A program made the position numbers and the translations under genes. A DNA stretch of 60,889 nt, counting the filler, from Squatina squatina (taxonomy: Eukaryota): NCBI GenBank assembly GCA_031763465.1. It is 3 parts of 3 records of this genome, joined end to end, with 100 filler letters (N's around TTAATTAATTAA, not from the genome) between each part and the next. Parts side by side here need not be neighbours in the genome. Positions count along the whole stretch, not along the records: positions 1 to 18,632 come from JARFOE010000001.1; positions 18,733 to 37,848 come from JARFOE010000222.1; 1 more part is not named here. One strand, 5' to 3'. The notes beneath the pieces were generated by a model. It did not search any database, was not told the origin of the DNA, and was given only the letters and a program-made list of their open reading frames with translations. Positions 12,694 to 24,500 of the stretch are shown here, piece by piece. How positions within the stretch are numbered: position 1 is the stretch's first letter; each line of letters opens with the position of its first letter.

Positions 12694-12942
12694 GATGGGA
12701 GGTTTAGAGGGGATTTGAGGAGAATTTTTTTCACACAGCGGATGGTGGGGTCTGAAACTCTGCCTGAAAGGATGGTCGAGGCAGGAACCCTCATAGCATT
12801 AAAAAAAGCACTTGAAGTGCCGTAACCTACAAGGCTACGGACCAAGTGCTGGTATATAGGATTAGATTGAATAGCTCTTGGCCGGCATGGACATGATGGG
12901 CCAAATGGCCTCTCCTGTGCTGTAAATTTCTATGATTCTATG
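12694..12942 (+). mobile_element. CR1/HER1-type LINE 3' end
   Basis: tttttcacacagcggatggtgggg...tgcctgaaaggatggt...atgggccaaatggcct...ctatgattctatg tail, typical of shark CR1 3' ends. Confidence 0.75.
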
Positions 12943-13174
12943 CAGTGATATGTACTGGCTTTGGTGACTGATAATTGGATATTTGAGGAGTTCTATAGAA
13001 CTGGCGTTATCTCAACTAAAGGTATTTTTCCATTATGATCACCAGTTCTACTTCACAATGGATAACACCGGCTCTGAATTTTTTCTCTATAATCATAGAC
13101 TGTATGAAATTCAACTCCTTTTCTCATCCTTATTAGTGAACCTCCTCTTACTCAAGAATGACAACATTTCTTAC

Positions 13175-13340
13175 CATTCTGCTTTTCCTCAGGCATCACT
13201 GTATGACAAAGTGAAAGCAGGCGAAAAAATTCATGGACTTTAGGGTCACCAATTTTAACAGCTTCCACGAGACTATTGTCATAGAACACAAATTTCGGGT
13301 CTGCCATAGAATTAAATGAAAAGTCCACTTTATCTGTTTT
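13175..13340 (-). CDS. ATP8B5: ATP8B-class P4-ATPase exon (N-domain, CHTVM)
   Basis: ccacag|KTDKVDFSFNSMADPKFVFYDNSLVEAVKIGDPKVHEFFRLLSLCHTVMPEEKQN|gtaaga. Confidence 0.8.
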
Positions 13341-14163
13341 CTGTGGAGATGAAACAGATGAAAATATTTTAACATTTTCCAAATACATGCTTATTTATTG
13401 CTTGTGTATTAAAGTGGGAAGAACTGCTAACACATGAGCTCTAAGGTTGCCAACAGGACAATGGAAATTACCATTTCCATGAGGCAGCCAGTATGATGTT
13501 GTGATAAAATATAGTAACAAAGCTGTTGCAACATCAGGTTACAGTTTAGAATGTTTGATTTCTTTCAGCAGATGATTCCATTTAGTAGAACAATATAGGT
13601 TGATTGATAATTTTCGTTAGCTATAACACGCAATTATGAAATGTAGTATGTACAAGGCCTTCTGTGCAAATTATATAAAATTGCAAGAATATGAAATGCT
13701 GTATGCATTATATATTTATGTAATAAAACACAACAATAGCACATTTACCGTATCATCAAACAAATGTATCAAAATGATACATCAACATTGTACAATTCAG
13801 GAATACATACCACTTAAACATTTTGGGGGNNNNNNNNNNNNNNNNNNNNNNNNNNNNNNNNNNNNNNNNNNNNNNNNNNNNNNNNNNNNNNNNNNNNNNN
13901 NNNNNNNNNNNNNNNNNNNNNNNNNNNNNGAATCAGTTCACTATAATTAGATTTCTTGAAAAAGTGTTTGGCAAACATTGCTTTGTTTGCAGAGATCATG
14001 CTGATGTTGCACCCAAGTGATGGAATGATGCACCTAAACATAATTTGTGTCATTATACTGTGAGTTTGTTCAAACAAAGTTAAGACTTTTTCAGGAAGAC
14101 ATTGTCCTACTAGTTATTGCAAGCCACATTAAGTCTGAACCTGTCCTCTTGCTTTTCACCTAC

Positions 14164-14260
14164 CTGCAAAGATAACAAGTCCATAACACCATTCTGTATT
14201 TCTCAGTGTGCAGCCACGCAGTAGTAATTTTTCATTGTCTAAAGAATACTTATTTTCCTT
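14164..14260 (-). CDS. ATP8B5: ATP8B-class P4-ATPase exon, 3' part only (LLLRGC)
   Basis: KENKYSLDNEKLLLRGCTLRNTEWCYGLVIFAG|gtaggt; the expected CEPPNNKLDKF segment upstream is absent and an in-frame TAA TAA lies about 25-30 nt upstream. Confidence 0.75.
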
Positions 14261-14664
14261 GCAGCCAATCCTACCAACTCTCCCTTATTAGGTTTCTTTG
14301 GTTTTATGCTTTTTTTAACATTTTGGGAGCCACCGTATAATTTTTGACTATAATAGGACAGTTGGGCGTCAACAACCCACCAGAAGAAAGCTCTGGAGAA
14401 TTGCGAATGTTCTGATCAAACAATAGCGAGATACTGACCCTACAATGTCATAAATTAAAACATTGACAACAATTAAGAGTAGTGCAGTAACGCAGCTGAT
14501 TAAAGTGGTATGAGATGAGAAAGTAAGCATTGTGGGAGAAGGCCAATGTTGGGAAGAGTAAATANNNNNNNNNNNNNNNNNNNNNNNNNNNNNNNNNNNN
14601 NNNNNNNNNNNNNNNNNNNNNNNNNNNNNNNNNNNNNNNNNNNNNNNNNNNNNNNNNNNNNNNN

Positions 14665-14790
14665 GCACCCCCTTTAAAATTGTACCATTTAGTTCATATC
14701 GCCTCTCCTCATTCTCCCCACCATAATATATCACTTTGCACTTCTCTGCATTAAATTTCATCTGCCATGTGTCTGTTCATTTTATCAGCC
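14665..14790 (-). mobile_element. CR1 LINE ORF2 fragment
   Basis: Translates WQMKFNAEKCKVIYYGGENEERRYELNGTILKGV, the conserved CR1 post-RT segment. Confidence 0.8.
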
Positions 14791-14995
14791 TGAGACCTGG
14801 CCTCCAGTTGAATGACCTCCTTCGGTGCTGTATCATTTGACGATTCTCTGATTATGGACTGGCGGGAGTAGGGACAAGGATGGGGCTAGCGGTGGAAGGG
14901 AAGAGGGAAGGTCTGAAATTTGAAGAATAGCTCTCGTCGCAGCTCAGTGTGAAGTCAACTTAACAACCGGATGGTAACAAATCCTTTCTGCTTAC

Positions 14996-15035
14996 CATGC
15001 TCCAGAAACAATAAATGAAAAATTCCAGTTGCCAT
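14996..15035 (-). CDS. Candidate first coding exon of the ATP8B gene (MATGIFHLLFLEH...)
   Basis: acaaATGG Kozak context, 13 codons plus 1 nt, strong phase-1 donor CATG|gtaagc, upstream of all other ATP8B exons; no homology support. Confidence 0.4.
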
Positions 15036-17357
15036 TTGTTCTGAGCAGAAGATTTAACATTTGAAGTTGGGTTTGACAGAAAGGGTATGTCTCCCTGGAT
15101 GTGCACTTGATCTCTGTCTTAGCTGTGGCCTTGATGGAACAAACTGATTTCTTTTCCCCTCTCCGCTGCGATGATAAATAAACTCATAACAGGACACCGC
15201 TCCGAGAAATGCCAGCTGACACTGACTGAACACTCCGACCTCCAAATGGTGAGAATTGAGAGCTGCTGTCGTTGCTGAATGAAAGCAGCAGCTAGTGTCA
15301 TCAGGAAACACCAGTTAGAGAGCCCCTGGGCACCAAGCCAAGATGGCCAGAAACAGATTGACACCAACTGGCAGCAGGCGCAGGGGGTGTCAATGCACGC
15401 AACTGTGAGACGTGATCTCGGGTGACCTGGTCACCTTGCCAAGATGGCCAGGTCAACTGTGACAGGCAAATTCCACTGGGAGTGCAGGGTACAGGCTTCA
15501 GAGTTGACAACCAGGAAAGCTAAAGGGTTTGTATGGCTATGACTGCACACTAGGAGCTTTCCTAGTGCTGTTTTACAACGGGATGGCATTCTTTTTTAAG
15601 GAGGCTTGTGAAGACTAAGCTGCCGCCTGTCTGTGTTTTCCAGGTTCATTAAACAATCTAACACAGGAAGAAGCTATTTGGTCCATTGTGCTTACACCAT
15701 TAAACTTATGTGACAAATCAATGAACACCCTTCTTATATAATAATTAGTTTTGTCTATATAGTAAACATCATACATGGTATAGGTAAAATATAATAAAAC
15801 AGCATGGCACGTATGCACGGATTACAAGGTGAAAGTACAGTTCCTAAACTTGCTTTAATTAGAAAGGTTTCATTAAAGTTTCAATACCAATCAATCATTA
15901 TGATGTGCAACATGCTTTCTTGCAAAATCATCTATGGCTTTTATGGTGGTTATGATAAAGTGTATTACATTTTTGAATAACTAAATATCAGCTTCAACAT
16001 TAATAAAGAGTTCTTCTGAATTGTGGGTACTTTATCAATTGAAAAATAGGTGGAAATAATCCTCACCTTAACAATTCCTGTATGATTCTTTAACTTCTGC
16101 TTTTCTTCCGTGCTTCCTCACACAAGAGAAATTGTACTTCGTCACTTCAAACCATAGCACCACAAGCTGTTTCTTCCGTTACCGTCAACAAATATCAACG
16201 ACAGTGCAGAAGCACCCAGTAATTAAATCCATCAAATATCGGTTTAGTTGTTATGTTCTCAAAACCGAAACAGAAAGTTCAAATGAGCCTTGAAAGTCAC
16301 ACAAAAGCTGTAATACCTTTGGATATTCAGCTAAAAAATACTGACTGTTGTAAAGAGTTGGTTTGAACCCTTGACTGATAGGTACACAGGGCAATTTTAG
16401 TGACAAGGTGGGTGGATCGACATGGTACGGTGTAGCACTGAGCAAACAAAGGTACTTGATCGTTGGACCTGTCGGTCTATTACATCATGTGTAAACACCA
16501 CCTGAAAAAGCAGCGACTCAAATAACTGGTATAAGGCACTCCAGTAGTGCTTTGTGTGGGATAGAACATGATACCACTTCTACTGTACAAATCTCTAATC
16601 AATTATAAAACTCTAAAGAACACACATTGAGTCAAAATCTGGCATTACCTTGCCAATTTTAGAAAAATTATAGCAAAGCTGAAAATTAGTTTAGATCAGA
16701 TGCATACAAATTGGCAGCTAGCACAGAAAACAGGCAACAGTACTGATATAATACAGTTGTAGAAGTTTTTTTATAGATACCTAAAACATCAAAAGTAAAT
16801 TTGTAATTGATAAAAGCACTTGTAATATATGGAAGGTGCACCATTGGGATGTTCAGAAAAATACTTGATTAGGTAAACTAGTTGAGTGAGACTTGGATAT
16901 GGAGAAATCTAACAACAAGGAATGCAAATAGATCCTTCCGTTCAGCGCATAGGACCTTTTGCCGTTTTTTTTTAGTGAGAACGTGTTATCCAGAATGCTA
17001 ATAACAGAGACTGCAAATGGGTCCTTCCACTCAGTACACATATAGCACAACACCAGTAATCAATAGTGCTAGTCACACAGATCAATACTGTGAATGTAAT
17101 GATAGCTTTCACAGGGGATTTCCTATTGAAAGTCTTTTGTAAACTTGCGTATTTTATTTGTAACCTACGTAAAATACATCTAAGCCTTGAATAGTAAACT
17201 TTGTCGATCACAACGTGCATTTATCCAGCACCTTTAAAGCAAAAACATCCTAAGCAAAAGGGGTAATGTATGTACAAAATATTTTTACAACTTAAAAATT
17301 AACACTAGTCTTATAAACACAGCTTGGGGCACAACTGTACAGTATCGACAAGACAAA

Positions 17358-17493
17358 TAATAGGGAAATCATGCTTGACAAATCTTCTGGAATTTTTTGA
17401 GGATGTAACGAGCAGCGTGGATAAGGGAGAACCAGTGGATGTGGTGTATTTGGACTTTCAGAAGGCTTTCGACAAGGTCCCACATAAGAGATT
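17358..17493 (+). mobile_element. CR1 LINE reverse transcriptase fragment
   Basis: [43 protein letters not shown], a classic CR1 RT motif, uninterrupted up to the gap. Confidence 0.9.
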
Positions 17494-17593
17494 NNNNNNN
17501 NNNNNNNNNNNNNNNNNNNNNNNNNNNNNNNNNNNNNNNNNNNNNNNNNNNNNNNNNNNNNNNNNNNNNNNNNNNNNNNNNNNNNNNNNNNNN

Positions 17594-17674
17594 CTTTGTG
17601 CTCTCCTGTTCCTGGATGGGTGAAAAGATCTATTTGTATGGAGACTTCACCCACTGGGTCATCCACACCAGAGC
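17594..17674 (-). CDS. UNC13B: Munc13-2/UNC13B exon preceding the C-terminal C2C domain (3' end in gap)
   Basis: ttaattag|[27 protein letters not shown] is closer to recalled UNC13B ([27 protein letters not shown]) than to UNC13A; syntenic with RUSC2. Confidence 0.88.
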
Positions 17675-18632
17675 CTAATTAACAATTAAAGCACAGAGGT
17701 AAGCTATAGAAATTACAGGATCATCCTATAACTATAACACGGAAGTGCAGGCATGTCATTGCCACATTCATATTAGACTACTGTGTAACATACTTAAAGG
17801 GCCGTGACATTAAAATACATGGCTTTCATGCTTGACAACATTCTGATATGACATCATCCATGCACAACATTGCCACATGCATACATACTGATCAGAACTA
17901 AGAATTAAGAATTAAAGACTGCCTCAAGAACAGGAGGAAAGAAGTCACTGGCAGCAGAAACTATTGCTTCAGTTGGGTTACTGTGACTTTCAACAATGTG
18001 TACTTAACACTTAATGATTTATGTATTCACTCGCCAGACCATTAGATTCAGTAGATTCCATCTACCACTTCAAAGACTTTTGCACAGAATTATGCTTTAA
18101 GACATGAAAAAATCATTAAATGTGAAGATCGGAGGTAACTAAAAAAAGTAAAATACTAAGATTCTCTGCTAACTAGAGATCTAAATTACAAATGCAGACT
18201 ATTCCGCATGTACAGGTGAAATCTCCAGGCAGTGGAACATTGACATAGGTTTCATTACTGTTGTAATTTAGAAATATCTGCCTTTTCCATTTGGCAAATA
18301 CTATATTTGTTTTTCAGTGGAAACAGATCCAAAACCAATTACCTTGGAGTTTCAGGTTACATTATGAAAATTGATGTGCATTTCGTAAGACAGAACTCAT
18401 AACATGCACATCTCATGAGACAGCCATTATTTGCGGTATACTGGCTACAGTCAGCTCTGTACAGGTGTAATCCTCCTGATACTGCTGGAAATGATGTGGA
18501 GTTGTCTTTGCCAGTCAATAGCTATTTTATTAGAGCCCTGTAAACTACTTCACTCAAAAGTTCCAGCTCTTCATAAGCCAAGTCATGAAATGAACTCGAG
18601 AACAACCTATACCAATATTAAAAACTAAAGAT

Positions 18633-18732
18633 NNNNNNNNNNNNNNNNNNNNNNNNNNNNNNNNNNNNNNNNNNNNTTAATTAATTAANNNNNNNNNNNN
18701 NNNNNNNNNNNNNNNNNNNNNNNNNNNNNNNN
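18633..18732. other. Artificial scaffold linker N44-TTAATTAATTAA-N44
   Basis: 12-mer with stops in all six frames centred in a 100-nt spacer; identical structure at 37849; gene neighbourhood changes across it. Confidence 0.95.
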
Positions 18733-19469
18733 ATAGTCAGATGGAATTACAAGTCTTAAATAATTGAGGTACTCAAATTGTTCAAGCTTTGCTGCTGCAG
18801 TTTGACTAAGTCACCTGAACCCAGATATTAGGTTGCATCCAATAGTTCCATTTACACTTATACTCGAACTCAAAAGGCTTGGTGGCACAAAGGCCTCAAG
18901 ATGGTGTTAACTTCCTTCATGCCATCATGTTTGAGCTTTGCAATCAGTTTGCAACTGTAGCAAGCCTCCAAAATGTTGCACATCCATAGCATGACGAAAT
19001 GATCAGCAACTTCAGAGCAAATTGTTACTTGAGTCAATATACAACTGAAGTGAACAGAAAAGTGTACCAAAGAAAAAAAAACAAATCCTTAATTTCACCC
19101 CCCCACCCACAAAGCCATTTTATAAACCAGAACAGCCAGAAAAACAACGTACATTCAGCTGCTGTTTTGCATCTTCACTCAATTTAGTGTCTACCATGAG
19201 TGCACTTAACCATGAGATTGATTATTTAATTTTTTTCCTCTTATTCAACCATTATTTTACATTCCAAAATTTATTTTAAGAAATGCTATTTTTACAGGCA
19301 AATAAGGAAAACATCAAAATATATTAATTAGCTATATTTTAAATCCATTAATTAATACACACAGTATAGTGAGCATTAATTGTGTCCCTGGTACAGCTCG
19401 CCTCTTTACTGAATGATACTGGTGTACAGTTCCACAACTGCCAACAGGCTTTCCAGTACTTTATGCAAG

Positions 19470-19800
19470 GGAATTTTTTACATGTGTATGGACCTAGGCA
19501 GTGAATGTTGGCAGGTTAGATGACTGTGAAGAGGCATTGCAAATGACATGATTCATAACTACACTCAATATCCGCACATATGCATTTTCCAGCAGGGGTC
19601 ACTATTTAGTGATCCAGTATGGAAACAGTTATTTCCTCCCCACCCACCCCCACCCCACCCAAATCAGGAACACTAAAGCCAATTGTAGCACCCTTATCCT
19701 CATCCTAGCCGTATCAGCTAACACAACACAGACAAGAGATTGAACCTTCTCTGTTTGGCTCAGTACGACACCAAGTAATGGATCTACCCATTGATTTGGC
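19470..19800 (-). mobile_element. Decayed tRNA-derived SINE of a second family (copy 1)
   Basis: Shares blocks with 20690-21000 (gggtcact...gatc, cact.aag..aattgta, cagctaa..ca.cac, attga.cct); degenerate tRNA-like head on the minus strand. Confidence 0.5.
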
Positions 19801-20689
19801 AGGACAGCTCTAATACTGCTTAGTATTGATATATACATCTCAAAGCAACTGCCCTATGTACACTTCAAAATGCTTTGGACCGTTGGCTTGCTGCAGACAT
19901 TTTTAAATTATAACACTCTGAAATGTTTATAAAGCTCTCTGAATCCTCCATGTTCTCAAAGATTAGCGTGCGGAACACATTGTGGTTTTATTTTCAGTTG
20001 TTTGCAGTTCTTTGCTGTGGTTTTCTTGGAAGCCTATAGCGTCTTCTGGCATTGCACTCTTCATTTCTGAGCTGTACAAGCAGGAACCACGCGAGGACAT
20101 TAACCCATTCGGTTCTTTTAGCCCCTATTCCCAAAAATAGCCTCATCTAACTATCTAATCCTCCTCCATTGGGAGGAGGACAGAGAAATCAAGTCCTTAA
20201 AGATTTTTATGAGCACTGCCAGTGTTCCCTGGTCAACTTGCAATACAGGAAAGGTTCCCTAATTCTAATTAAGGATTCCACTAAAATATCACTTTTTCAT
20301 ACGCTGAATGACCTGCTGTGAATTTCAATCATGTTTCCCCACTGCTCCCCGCCATGCCCAAATATTCCCTTTTATTATCTGATGACTGAGACTGATGACT
20401 CTTACCTAAACTGTAATCTTATGGTACGGTCATTTACTGAACTGTATGAGTTTTTCACTGTGTTTGTTTCCAAATTTCTCTGTAATTTTTTTGTGTGTGG
20501 GAGCCCTTAAACTGGCTCCTGGCCCATTCAAATTTTGGACCATGTGCGGTTATTCCCATTGAGAAGCCGATGAGCGGCCTGCGCAGGACCTCTAAACCGC
20601 TGAGTGGCCACATGGTCATGCAGCTTAATGGGAGCTTAGTGGTAGATGGTTCTAGTGGTACTGACAGCTGTACATCCAACTGACTGTTC

Positions 20690-21000
20690 TTCACGTGTAA
20701 TCCTAGACACTCAACATTGGCAAGCCATTCAGACATGGAGACTGCTATAAGTGAGCATGTTCCTGTCCTCATTTGATATCTACATATACAACCTTTCCTG
20801 AAAGGGTCACTGGATACTGATCAGGAGCAGAAACAAGAGCTCTCGGTCATTTTTCTCAAGGCGCACTGAAGGTAATTGTAATGTCCCTGTTGCTGCCCTG
20901 GGTGAGGTCAGCTAAATCAGCACAAACCATGGATTGAGCCTGGAGCCTCCCTGGTCTGTATGACTCGTGAACCATGTAGTGTATTTACCCCCTGGGACAT
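20690..21000 (-). mobile_element. Decayed tRNA-derived SINE of a second family (copy 2)
   Basis: Collinear similarity to 19470-19800. Confidence 0.5.
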
Positions 21001-21692
21001 TGGGACACATCGATTCTCTTCCTTTTGTATCACACAGAATAACCATGACACCAAGAAGCTCAATAAAATACAAACTTCATAATGACTGATTCAAATATTA
21101 GACTGAAGAAAAGCAGTTTGGTTTTGGGTAAAATTTGCCTGATTCCCAGCACCAAGTAANNNNNNNNNNNNNNNNNNNNNNNNNNNNNNNNNNNNNNNNN
21201 NNNNNNNNNNNNNNNNNNNNNNNNNNNNNNNNNNNNNNNNNNNNNNNNNNNNNNNNNNNTACTGAATATCATCTAAACTGCAATGTGAAACAATGTGGGA
21301 TAATAGAAGAAGCAGAACAATTAGATTTGCAGAAGTGATATGACCGTTAAAAAAAAGTGCACATTGAGCACAAAGTTCATAAAACTAAAATAGGTACAAA
21401 ATGTAACTGTTTTGTTCAGGGAGAACTAATCCCTCTCTGCCACCGTCAATTTTTTCCATCACACAATGACTCTTAATGGTCCATTACTTGGCAAGTTATT
21501 CATGCACTAAATTCCCCTATCACATGAAAAGGAATGTGATTTTCCACTGTGTCAGGCATTGTTCCTATGTGTACATTGTATCGCATTACAATGGAAACCA
21601 CTAAGATTTCGGGTATCTGGTGTGCTGGCCTTGTTTAAAACAGAACATTGAGGTAACTGAAGAGATTTGCGTGCCTGAAATTGAGTTTGAAA

Positions 21693-22044
21693 ATGTCCAA
21701 GGAGAAGAAACCAGCATTTAAAGAAGGGCACCAAAAAGAACTTGAACAAAGTGTCAGCAAAGGACGACAAGAAGCGGAGAAGGTCGGGGAAGGAGACTTA
21801 CTCCATCCACAGCTACAAAGTCCTGTAGCAGGTTCACCCCCTGATACCGGCATCTCTTCCAAGGCCGTGAACTCCTCTTGCGAATGATATTTTTGAGTGC
21901 AGCGCGGGCCCGTTACAACAAGTGCCGCACCATCGGCTTCTCGGAGATCGAGACCGCTCGGTGCCTGCCGCTGCCCGGGGAATGGTGGCTAAGCAAGCCG
22001 TGTCAGAAGAGACCAAGGGACCAAGTACACCAGCTCCAAGTTAA
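21693..22044 (+). pseudogene. H2B: Histone H2B pseudogene
   Basis: Across frameshifts reads [59 protein letters not shown]/NDIFE...YNKCRTIGFSEIETARCLPLPGE/AKQAVSEETKG/TKYTSSK; TAG at 21826-21828, several frameshifts and deletions. Confidence 0.9.
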
Positions 22045-22045
22045 A

Positions 22046-22123
22046 CCATAAGACCATAAGACCATAAGAAGTAGGAGCAGGAGTAGGCCATTCGGCCCAT
22101 TGAGCCCGCTCCGCCATTCAATT
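22046..22123 (-). mobile_element. CR1 LINE 3' terminus with (ataagacc)n tail
   Basis: ccataagaccataagaccataagaagtaggagcaggagtaggccattcggcccattgagcccgctccgccattca, the reverse complement of the shark CR1 3' hairpin plus tandem tail. Confidence 0.8.
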
Positions 22124-23939
22124 NNNNNNNNNNNNNNNNNNNNNNNNNNNNNNNNNNNNNNNNNNNNNNNNNNNNNNNNNNNNNNNNNNNNNNNNNNNNN
22201 NNNNNNNNNNNNNNNNNNNNNNNAAATGTAAGTTTTTTTTCTTTGATGTGTCACTTGAGATTATATGCTGGAGTTATGTTTGAACTCACAACCTCCATGT
22301 CAGTGTGCTATCAGGGGTTAGTGTACAGAACCAGGGAAAAGAGGTGGGGCAGAGGGAGGGTGAGGAAAGAGCAAAAGGGAAGGTCTGTGTCAGGGCGGAG
22401 GGCAGGAGGGGTTAAATGGCAGAACGGGCTCATTAAACCAATCAGCAAGAGCCTGTGATAGCTGAGATTGTACATGGCCTGTGGAAGCAACAGCAGTTAT
22501 TAGCCTATTCTCGTCCTACGCCTTCTGATGTGATTGTCAGGAGAATCCCACCACTTTAGATGATATCACTGCAGCCCTGCTGTAACTCTGTTGTATAACC
22601 TTCCACACAATCAAGGCTCATAAAATAACAAATATTTGTTTTGTTTAAGAGCCAAAGTTCTGTGGAAAGTTTTATGTCACAAGTACAGATTGGAAAGTTG
22701 CCACACTTAAAAGTTTAGTTTGTCAGACACAGTTTACTTTAAGTGAATTGTTTTTAGGCACTTTTTAAACTGTTCCTTGTTAATGACTCCTGATCTCAAA
22801 ACAAAAGAAATAGATGTAAACCGACGTAGTCAGATATAAAAGCAACACACTGCAATTTGTGGCTCGTACGATTGTAACTGATGCTGTAACCTTAAGGCTT
22901 GTGCCGAAAAATGCAGACAAGTACAACATGAAAATACAAAATTATAAAGTGGTCATAACTTTATGTGAACGCTGTCTTTGGCCAAATTTGGGAATGTGTC
23001 GACAAGCATGCCTTTGTAAGCCTGAATTATTCAGATGCGATTTAGGTCAGTACACTGTGCGCCTGATGTCACTTCTACAGTTAGTCTCCCATTAGCATCT
23101 CGCAGGAGTCAGAGANNNNNNNNNNNNNNNNNNNNNNNNNNNNNNNNNNNNNNNNNNNNNNNNNNNNNNNNNNNNNNNNNNNNNNNNNNNNNNNNNNNNN
23201 NNNNNNNNNNNNNNNTGCTGTGCCCTAATCCCTCCCCACTCCAAAAGGAGGCAACGCCTGTGCCTGTGGTACCTCATGTGGTGTCAGTGGAGTTCCCAGT
23301 CCACCGCTAGTGCAGCCCCCATGGCTGAATTTTCCGATCTGTTGTGCAGTAAACTGCTCACCCAAAGGCAAATTTCAATGTTGCTAATGGAGTTTCCAAG
23401 TCGCGCACGCTTCCTCCAATGCGATTCCAGTGGCAAGAATGTGGTTTTTCAAAACAATTTGGCGTGCTCTCTTACCCCTTTAAATAGCACTACAAATCAA
23501 TGGAGGCAGTGTGTCACCACCCAAAAACAGTGAGGTGTCACCGCTACTTTGTAGTTTTACAAACGCAGGCTAATTGGTTGACGGGCAGCCATTTTGGGCG
23601 TTGCACAGGCTGATGACATCATGGACGCCATCTAGCGCCCGATTCTGCGTTTCCAGCACTGTAGGAACGACGCCCATTTAGCGCCTGCACTGGCAGCACT
23701 CCAATTGCACGGGGCGGGGCCACTTAGTGGCCGAAACGGACATTAGACCCCGAGCGCCCACTTAATGCTGTTTTAGCGCTAGCGTTAATGGACCAATTGG
23801 GTGCCCCTAATCTTTAATTAAGATTTTTTTTTTTTAAATTAGGAGGTCTACTAAACCATCTATTTCAACACATCTGCCAACCACCTGAGACAGTGTCTCC
23901 TATTTCCTCGAAAACTTGGTTGACTGTACTGAGCTGAAT

Positions 23940-24180
23940 AAAGAAAGGATGCTGATTACTGCTCTGGAATTAATATCGCAATATGATTCAACTGTATAGT
24001 TACTGATAATGAACTGCACCGCGGTTGGTAAATTAAAGGGTGAGGTGCAGTTCACTGCGGAACTAATGATTATTACCAGACAAGACAATTAGATTACTTG
24101 GAGATAATTAATAATAGATCTACAAATGGCTCTCGAGCCGCAAGGCTGAGACAATGAAGGTCAAAGGTCAGCGGGACTGT
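23940..24180. promoter_or_regulatory. Candidate enhancer/conserved non-coding element with a perfect DR1 nuclear-receptor site
   Basis: AGGTCAAAGGTCA at 24158-24170, adjacent Sox-like ACAATG (24151-24156), many TAAT/ATTA cores, 11-bp inverted repeat at 24010-24020 and 24044-24054. Confidence 0.4.
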
Positions 24181-24299
24181 GTGTGTTTTTTCTTCATTGG
24201 GAGCCTGCCTCTTTTATCTTGCTTCATTTTTAAAGCCCTCTATATTGAAGACCTCTGCTAGTCATAATACTACTATAACATGAATGAGGGAGCTGAGGG

Positions 24300-24500
24300 G
24301 GGAGACGAGGAGCAAATTGTTTTTACGCAGCGAGTTGTTGTGATCTGGAATGCACTGCCTGAAAGGGCGGTGGAAGCAGATTCAATCGTAACTTTCAAAA
24401 GGGGAATTGGATAAATACTTCAAAAGGAAAAAGAATTACAGGGCTATGGGGAAAGAGTAGGAGAGTGGGACTGATTGGATCACTCTTTCAAAGAGCCAGC
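24300..24500 (+). mobile_element. CR1 LINE 3' fragment
   Basis: tttttacgcagcgagttgttgtgatctggaatgcactgcctgaaagggcggtggaagcagattcaatc (FFTQRVVVIWNALPERAVEADS). Confidence 0.8.

Noticed and set aside
15600-17290. AT-rich repeat-free region possibly the UNC13B 3' UTR
   Set aside because: Position fits, but the terminal coding exon and stop codon are not visible, so it cannot be supported
18677-18688. TTAATTAATTAA as a piggyBac target site or homeodomain element (also 37893-37904)
   Set aside because: Sits symmetrically within N44 runs; an assembly linker
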